A stretch of 64,000 nt of DNA from Takakia lepidozioides (lineage: Eukaryota > Plantae > Bryophyta): contig CM060731.1 in the NCBI GenBank assembly GCA_030704615.1, forward strand, positions 79,794,001 to 79,858,000, read 5' to 3'. The translations under genes were made by a program, and so were the position numbers. Every line of letters begins with the position of its first letter. Position 1 is the first letter of the stretch. Below the pieces are notes generated by a model. That model saw only the letters and a program-made list of their open reading frames with translations. It made no database searches and was not told the origin of the DNA. This document shows, piece after piece, positions 57,431-64,000 of this stretch.

Positions 57431-57833
57431 CCAAATGACGTGAAATCGGCTACTACAGGGGAAACAACCCTCGTTATCGAAATCCAGAAAATACAAAACC
57501 ATTACGAAGAAGGCCACACCTGCTGTTGCAGAAAACCAACCAGCGAGTCCTCATGTCTGCAGGTTGCTCGCAACTTTGCACACACGCTAGGACCAAACGC
57601 AGCCGTGAAACTTGAACAACCTAGTACGAAATAGACAACCGCGAAAAGGTTGACCAACTTAAACGTTTCCAGGAAGCAGTGCACGGAAACACAGGAGGTA
57701 GCACCATCAAACAAAGAGCACACACAAAACTCAGGCATAAACACCTACAAGACGCGGCGCGTCTACATACAACAAACTAAGTTCGAGAGAAGGGGGGGGC
57801 GCTGAATGACGACCTTGAGCGAGGCTATGGCGG

Positions 57834-57861
57834 CTTTATAAACCCATACTTTTTAGGGTTT
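57834..57861 (-). promoter_or_regulatory. Telo-box + TATA promoter for the snoRNA-cluster transcript
   Basis: Minus strand AAACCCTAA followed ~10 nt later by TTTATAAAG, upstream of the snoRNA cluster. Confidence 0.5.
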
Positions 57862-58952
57862 TGCAGGAATGTCGTTCCGCCACATTTCGCCATTGAGTAA
57901 TTTGCGAACGAGGAGTTTGACAGGAATTTGGCTAAACTTATGGGCTCTCATCGACGAACGGCAACCGCCGCCCTGATCGGAAGATCGATATTGCAGATTC
58001 ATTCATTAATCTCTCCACATTCATCGTTGTGTTTTGCTGTTACGATTGCGAACAGTACCGCATACAAGGTGATGTAAACCAATAACAGAGCAATTCCGCA
58101 CACGTTCCGATTCCGAAAAGAATAGGGAGTTTAGTAGTGGAACATCGCATGAGCAGAAAGGTATCATATTCCAGTATTGTTTTGCCCCCTCAGATCTATG
58201 CACTAACAGCAACAATTGGAATTGACAAAAAGTGCCAGAATTTGAGTTGAAAGAAGAGGACAAGTTTGCACTGTAGTGCACCGAGTCTAGTTGATCGATC
58301 ACTGGCAGATGGCTATGACACGCTCAGTTTTGCAATGACAATTAATTGCACGGGTGACCAGCAACGACAAGCGCTTCTCTCAATCTCCAAGCACAATACC
58401 CCTGCGAAACATTGATTTGGGACAATTACATTTGATGGATTTTCATGACCGATGCCCGGAGAAGAGACGGACTTGTCTGTTAACTTGGCATTGGATAAAG
58501 TTGAATGATTTTCGCTGTTCCATCGCTCTGGGATATCCCCCCTGGATCGGCTGCCTGAGCTCTGCACAAGAAGATATCAGGAGAGAGATGAGAAGCAACT
58601 GACAAGTTATGTCAACTATGAAACGGTCTAAAATTTAAGAGCATAAGTGCAATCCTTTTAGCACGATTGTTATGGCAACGAGAAATAAACAATCGGACGG
58701 CAGCCAAGGTTTTGTAGCTTACCAAACGCTTTGAAAAGGCTCTAAGAGAACTTAATAGAGGTTAAACGCAAAGTAGTAGCGATCAGGTCGTTATAACAAA
58801 CTTCAGTAGATATACATATCCAATGTGGCAGTCATCTCACTGTTTTGCTTCTCGACTTCCTCTTCGATGCATTACCATTACGTTACGAGAACCGCTGGGA
58901 GCGCACCGAGCACATCAGCGAGGATCTAGTACTAATTTACGAGTCAACTTTT

Positions 58953-59375
58953 TCATGTACCTACAAACAAGACTGCAAGCACAGCACACCTTATGCATTT
59001 GTTCAGCCCCACCATAGCAGCCACAAAGCTGTCCTGCAGTAGGCCAATCTCCTCTTGCTCCAGCTGCGCAATTAGCTGCACAGCTTGAGCAATCTCTTCC
59101 TGCCGAGCTTGAACTCTTTCTTGCTTACGTCGAGACGAAGCTTGTAATGCGTTCAGCCTCGTGCTCAGCCCTTTGACTTCTTTCTCTCCCCTATTTATTT
59201 GAGTTTTGAGCGTTTTCAATGCCAGCGTAGCAGCCTCAACTTCTGCTGACAACTCGCACTTCCGTCGTTCCAAATTTTGAAGCGCAGACTCCGCAGAGCA
59301 ATGCTGGTTTGCATGGTCCTGAACAATGGTTGATAGGATCAGCGGATTCTCGTCACTTGCTGTAACCATCGCCAT
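58953..59375 (-). CDS. Small coiled-coil protein of unknown function (140 aa)
   Basis: ATG-initiated ORF with heptad-like, E/Q/K/L-rich sequence, head-to-head with the THUMP gene across a 217-bp spacer containing a telo-box; 3' end uncertain. Confidence 0.5.
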   Translation of the reverse strand: MAMVTASDENPLILSTIVQDHANQHCSAESALQNLERRKCELSAEVEAATLALKTLKTQINRGEKEVKGLSTRLNALQASSRRKQERVQARQEEIAQAVQLIAQLEQEEIGLLQDSFVAAMVGLNKCIRCAVLAVLFVGT

Positions 59376-59592
59376 TTGTGACCAGCAACCAGCAGAAAGA
59401 AAGGATTCAGTTTTAAGCGAATCTTCAGTTAGAATGGTAATAGAATATTACGTTTTATACTTTATGCCATTCTAAACCCTAACCCTCTCTCTCCCTCTCT
59501 CTTTTGTCGATCCTTCCGCTTGCACCGTTTCTGAAAGAGAATCTGCAGGCTGGTAATGTTTGAAGCGAGTGCATTTCTATTAGTCTCTCGCC

Positions 59593-62500
59593 ATGGCTGA
59601 TGGATCACCTCTCGCAGTCATGTCTGCGCCTGAAGGAATCCGTTTTTGTTCCCGAGAGGTGACGGAGTGCCAAGAAATTGCGAAAGTGGATCAAAGCAGT
59701 GGCAACTCAACAGCGAAACCATGTGACACTGATGACATGCCACCATGGGAGCAGCATGGAGGCGTCATCAACATGCCTCGATTTTTATATGGCGCGTCTA
59801 TCGCCCTCCTGCAACGCTCCAATCCTGGCTTCCTCATCACATGCACTTACCGTACTCTCTCTCTCTCTCTCTCTCTCATACATGTACCGAAAAAAAAACT
59901 CAATCAAACTCGCGATTAAACACTCAATCGTCTGTGTAATGGCCGAGCGATTCACTTATGCACACTTATCAGTTTCTCCCCTTCCTATGCACGTACATTA
60001 TCTGTCTCTGTGCTGTCGACTTGCCTATTGGGACATTGCGGGTTTATGCCAGGCAAGTTTTATGCTTTGGTTGCAGTCCAACCAGTTAGGTTGAAACAAA
60101 GTAATGATACACAGATATCACAGCAGAGGTCATACACACTGTTCAAGTGAGGCGATGTTGTGAAGTGGGAGGTGTAAATTAGATGCTACACGGACAGTCT
60201 GACATCCTATGAATTATACGAAATCTAAGCTTCCCAACTAGTGTCTGACTGGTACTGTAATATATGAAACTCTGGACTGTTGTAAATTCAACCTCTTGGC
60301 CCATGGGTGATCTATACACGGCGTCTCTAATCTTTCTACTCTTTATCATCGATAGGGAGTCTATACCCATGTTCAATGCAACCAGCTCACATTAATGAGC
60401 TAACACTGAGTAAGGAGTCTAGGAAATCGAATTTTTCTCTTTCAAATCTTACAGGAACTTCGATTGATTAGGCGGTTAAAGCTCAGGAGGTGAACGGATT
60501 GTGGGTGGCATAGGGTAGGGCGCGAGAAGAGCGCTACCAAAGAAGCCATGACACTACTTCATGAGGTTTGTACTGATGTGCATTCTCCTCCATTTCACTT
60601 CCTGCTTGCTGTGAGGATGAACTTCAGCGTTCCTGTGGGAAGCAGGTTTGTAAACAACAGTGATATTTTCTTTTGTTTGGACTATTGACCGGTTGGAAAC
60701 TTGTAAACATTTCGTACTACAGCTTTTAGTGGTGGGAATCTATTTCACACACACACACTCTTACACAAAGGTGCACATAATCCATTGGTGGTTGATATGA
60801 GAATGATCCTCCTTACAGTACTTGCAAACCCCGGAGTCTGTAGAAGCCGAAATGCTGAGCGGAGCAGATTCAATCTGTCACAAAGAGCCAAGCAAACAGG
60901 GAATTGATGCTATACAAAAGATGAAGCGTGTAAAGAGTGAAGTTTGTGGAGGGTCCGACAATGTTGGACCTCTTACGGGAAAGAATGCAGTGGCAAGAGA
61001 TGTTGGAAGGGCACCACAAACAGGAGTGGGGGCCAGAAATTTAGAAGCGAAAACTTCTCAATCTGTGGAAGATGTGAGAGAGACTTTTGGAGGCCCAGAT
61101 GTACCTCAAAAAGGTGGAAAAGTGACACCTGAAAGACTTTTGGCTGCCAGAAGTGATCAGGGTCACATCGATGCTCAGAAGTGTGCAGCAAGAGATAGGG
61201 AGATCCCAGAGTTCAGCTCATTGAAGGAACAGTCACAAAGCGGATTTCCAGAGCTTTTCCTGGTGAAACTGGCCAGAATGGGTCTTATCTATATGTCAGT
61301 ATCAGGTAGAACATCCAGGGAGATTGTTGCATTTGTGTCCAAGCTCTTGGCAGACATACAGACAGGATCAAGATCTCCTCCAGTGTACGTTGTAGCTGGC
61401 CATGGGTTGCCTTTCCATGCTTGGTTGGTTGGGCAGCACTGTGTTGTGGCAAGATAGAGTATGAATTTCTGCAAACTGGATCCCGGAATAGGTTGTTTTG
61501 TAATATTCCAGCAGTAGTCATATATTGGAATCACATAACGGTTGCATTGAGGAAGGAGTGGCTAACTGGCACATAACCATTGTGATGTTTATGATTTCTT
61601 GAAAATTTCCTGTAATTTATGTGGTGATGTACCCTTGCACCAGCACGATACTGTTACATGAATGGGCCAGTATTATCTCAACATGGTTTGAACATCATAT
61701 TGGTGATGAGCTTATCCAGATTTGGCTCTGGAAATTGTTGCTGCAGGTGGTGCCACAGGATACTACCAGTCCAGGCAACCTGCCCTTTGACAAAAGATGA
61801 TCTGCATGCTGTTGTTGTGAAATTGGTGAGAGAACACTTGGAAGATCATGAGATCAGCAGGGATCATCCTCTTAAGGTAACTTTGCTATTGTTTTCTGTG
61901 AACAGGAGTTCTTACCATTGGTTTTGGCATTTGAACTTCAGTTTAACCTCCAATTGATGGAGCTCACAAGTCAAGCATTGCCTTTCAACATGGTCAACCT
62001 GCAATCAGTCTTCTCAATCCTCGCCTATTGGCATTTTGCACTTCCACGACATAGCACCTTTGCGTTGGATACAATCCATTGAATCTTCAAAAGTCCCATT
62101 TTAATAAAAATTCCCAATAACAGTATGGTTGCTCCGTCCTAGGGCCTTGAGCTCAGCTCAGCATGGATTTCTCAATGTGTGGATGCAATTTATCTACCTG
62201 CAGCTTACTGGATATGGCAGTTGTAAGTGTGGAGTATTTGGTGGACAGTAGGCAGTAGCTTTTGGCACCAAAGGGCTTTTCTATTATGTGCCAGAAGTAT
62301 CTTCACAATCACAGTATCTTAGGTTCCCATGGCCTTGCGTACTAAGTTGAGTGCTCTTGTGTGATATTTCTCGCCATGTACCTCCTACCCGAACAGCAGT
62401 TTTCTTACATTTGGAGTGATTGCAGGCAAGTTATTGGGGGGTTTGGCAACGTCATGCTTATGATGTATTACTAATTTTGTATCTCACAACCACAATTGGC

Positions 62501-63094
62501 AGTATGCTGTGGTGTTCAACAGACGTGGAGTTGAGGATAAGCACATTGCAAGTGATAGCATCAATGAAGGCTCCCTGAAGGGTGGTGCATTTGCAAAGAC
62601 TGAATGCATTCGTACAGTGACAGAGGCAGTGCGGGATGTGACGCCACACACAACTGTTGACTTGACCAGCCCGCAGGTAACATCACAAGAGATGACCAAG
62701 GTGACAAATTAAAGGGTGCCATTTGTGCAGGATGCAGGACATGTGAAGTCAGTAGCAGGGGGGAGATAGGCCGGAGTATGGAGAGCTGAGTGACCCACTG
62801 ATGATCATGTCCAACTGTAGAAGTGCAAGTGTGTGCATTGTACGAGCTAATAAATACCAGCACAGCTCAGTGGAAGGACTTGTGTTGAATGATTAATGGT
62901 TGCTACATTCAATGCTAACAAAGAGTGGTTGGAGCATGCAGATGGTGGTAATTGTGGAAGTTCTTCCCATGGTTGGAGCTCAATGCTCGCTCATATGTGC
63001 AGTGACAGTTTTACCGAGAGATCTCGTGAATACCAAGCCACGGCTGTCAGTTGTACCCTTAGCTTGCTCAAAGAAACGAAAGCAATGTGGCTAA
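59593..63094 (+). CDS. THUMP-domain RNA-binding protein (Tan1/THUMPD1-like), 6 exons: 59593-59851, 60519-60565, 60819-61384, 61747-61876, 62503-62676, 62942-63094
   Basis: PWEQHGGVINMPRF...GFLITCTYRREKSATKEAM, WCHRILPVQATC, YAVVFNRRG, VDLTSPQMVVIVEVLP; consistent splice phases. Confidence 0.88.
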
Positions 63095-64000
63095 GTTAGC
63101 AATCATTCCAAAAGCACCTTTGTGTAACATACTTTTAGGCCCTGAACCACACCTGCCTATTACTTCCCCAGCTAAGCTAACTTTCAGCATGAAAAGTTAG
63201 GCTAATGGTTGCTGCACTTTACCAGCTAGCCATCAGCTAATCTCATCTGATGCTGAGTGAAAGTGTAGCTGGTCAACACTTCCGCTCCTGCAGTGAGTTT
63301 TTCCTAATCAAACAACCATCAGTGACATTGGTTAAGAAAAAAAACAGAGAAATACTGAACATTCTAGATAGTATTTATTTGGGCTTTGCACTAACCATCG
63401 GGTGTGCCCACCATCACCCTTGTACTCTTGCCTTGGCATTTGCACAACCTTTTGTGGGTAGTCAAGGATTTTGGGGCTTGCTTAGAATTGAAATAGCTGC
63501 CTTGCCAAACAATTCTGAGTAATGAGTTGAAAAAATGAATTGAAGAGGGACTCAGGACTCGAGATGGTTTATCTGTTGTACCTCGTTTCTTTTGCAAGTC
63601 AGCAACAAGTCCTCCTGCACTCCACTCATTTCGAGGGAGTATAAAGCTATTCAATTGGAGTTGAAGAAAATTTGCAGAATAATAAATATGGACACTGCAA
63701 TTTTAGAAACATTAATACTTACACATTGTACTTACCATTCACCACGTGAGGTGCAAGGATCGCCTGCCTTTATGAAGCCGAATTGATGGCAGCTTACTCA
63801 ATCTGCACTAGCCAGGTCCTTCAAGTACAGTGGCCGCAATTATGCGTCGGCCCCACATAAATCCAGCCACTCATGAGACCCACCACTATCACTAGCAATG
63901 ATAATTCTTCTAGCCCATAAATTAATGCTCAAGCTTCACCGGTGTGGAGTGCAGCCTCATACCAAGTATCAAGGGGACATTCATTCCATCCACCAAGGTG

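Overview
Eukaryotic nuclear DNA from a land plant; gene structure and proteins look like an early-diverging, bryophyte-type lineage (inference only). Positions 1-15.1 kb are a nest of retroelements. A Ty3/Gypsy 5' end (gag, tRNA-Met PBS, 717-bp LTR) is inserted in a Copia gag-protease remnant. Next to it, a LINE 3' remnant is split by an 11.9-kb, minus-strand, very young Ty3/Gypsy-type element (2380-14296, 4-bp TSD AAGC). This element is the highlight. Its polyprotein reads gag-CCHC-protease-[DNMT3-like C5 DNA methyltransferase]-RT-RNaseH-DDE integrase-PHD finger. Its ends are not ordinary LTRs but split direct repeats (A...B-A-B), each unit bounded by TG...CA, with a palindromic CA-GC-TG internal junction. 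It has no tRNA PBS; instead the sequence next to repeat A is complementary to a hairpin loop inside A (self-priming signature). It also carries an extra 249-aa ORF and a captured fragment of the host ClpP5 gene. The rest of the window is host euchromatin: V-ATPase subunit a (18 exons), a degenerate unknown gene, Nup155 (14 exons), PTH2 (7 coding exons), an unannotated cluster of at least three box C/D snoRNAs, a small coiled-coil ORF and a THUMP-domain gene. LINE fragments, a palindromic minisatellite and a tiny MITE-like hairpin lie in introns and intergenic DNA. Exon coordinates were read by eye and may be off by a base or two.
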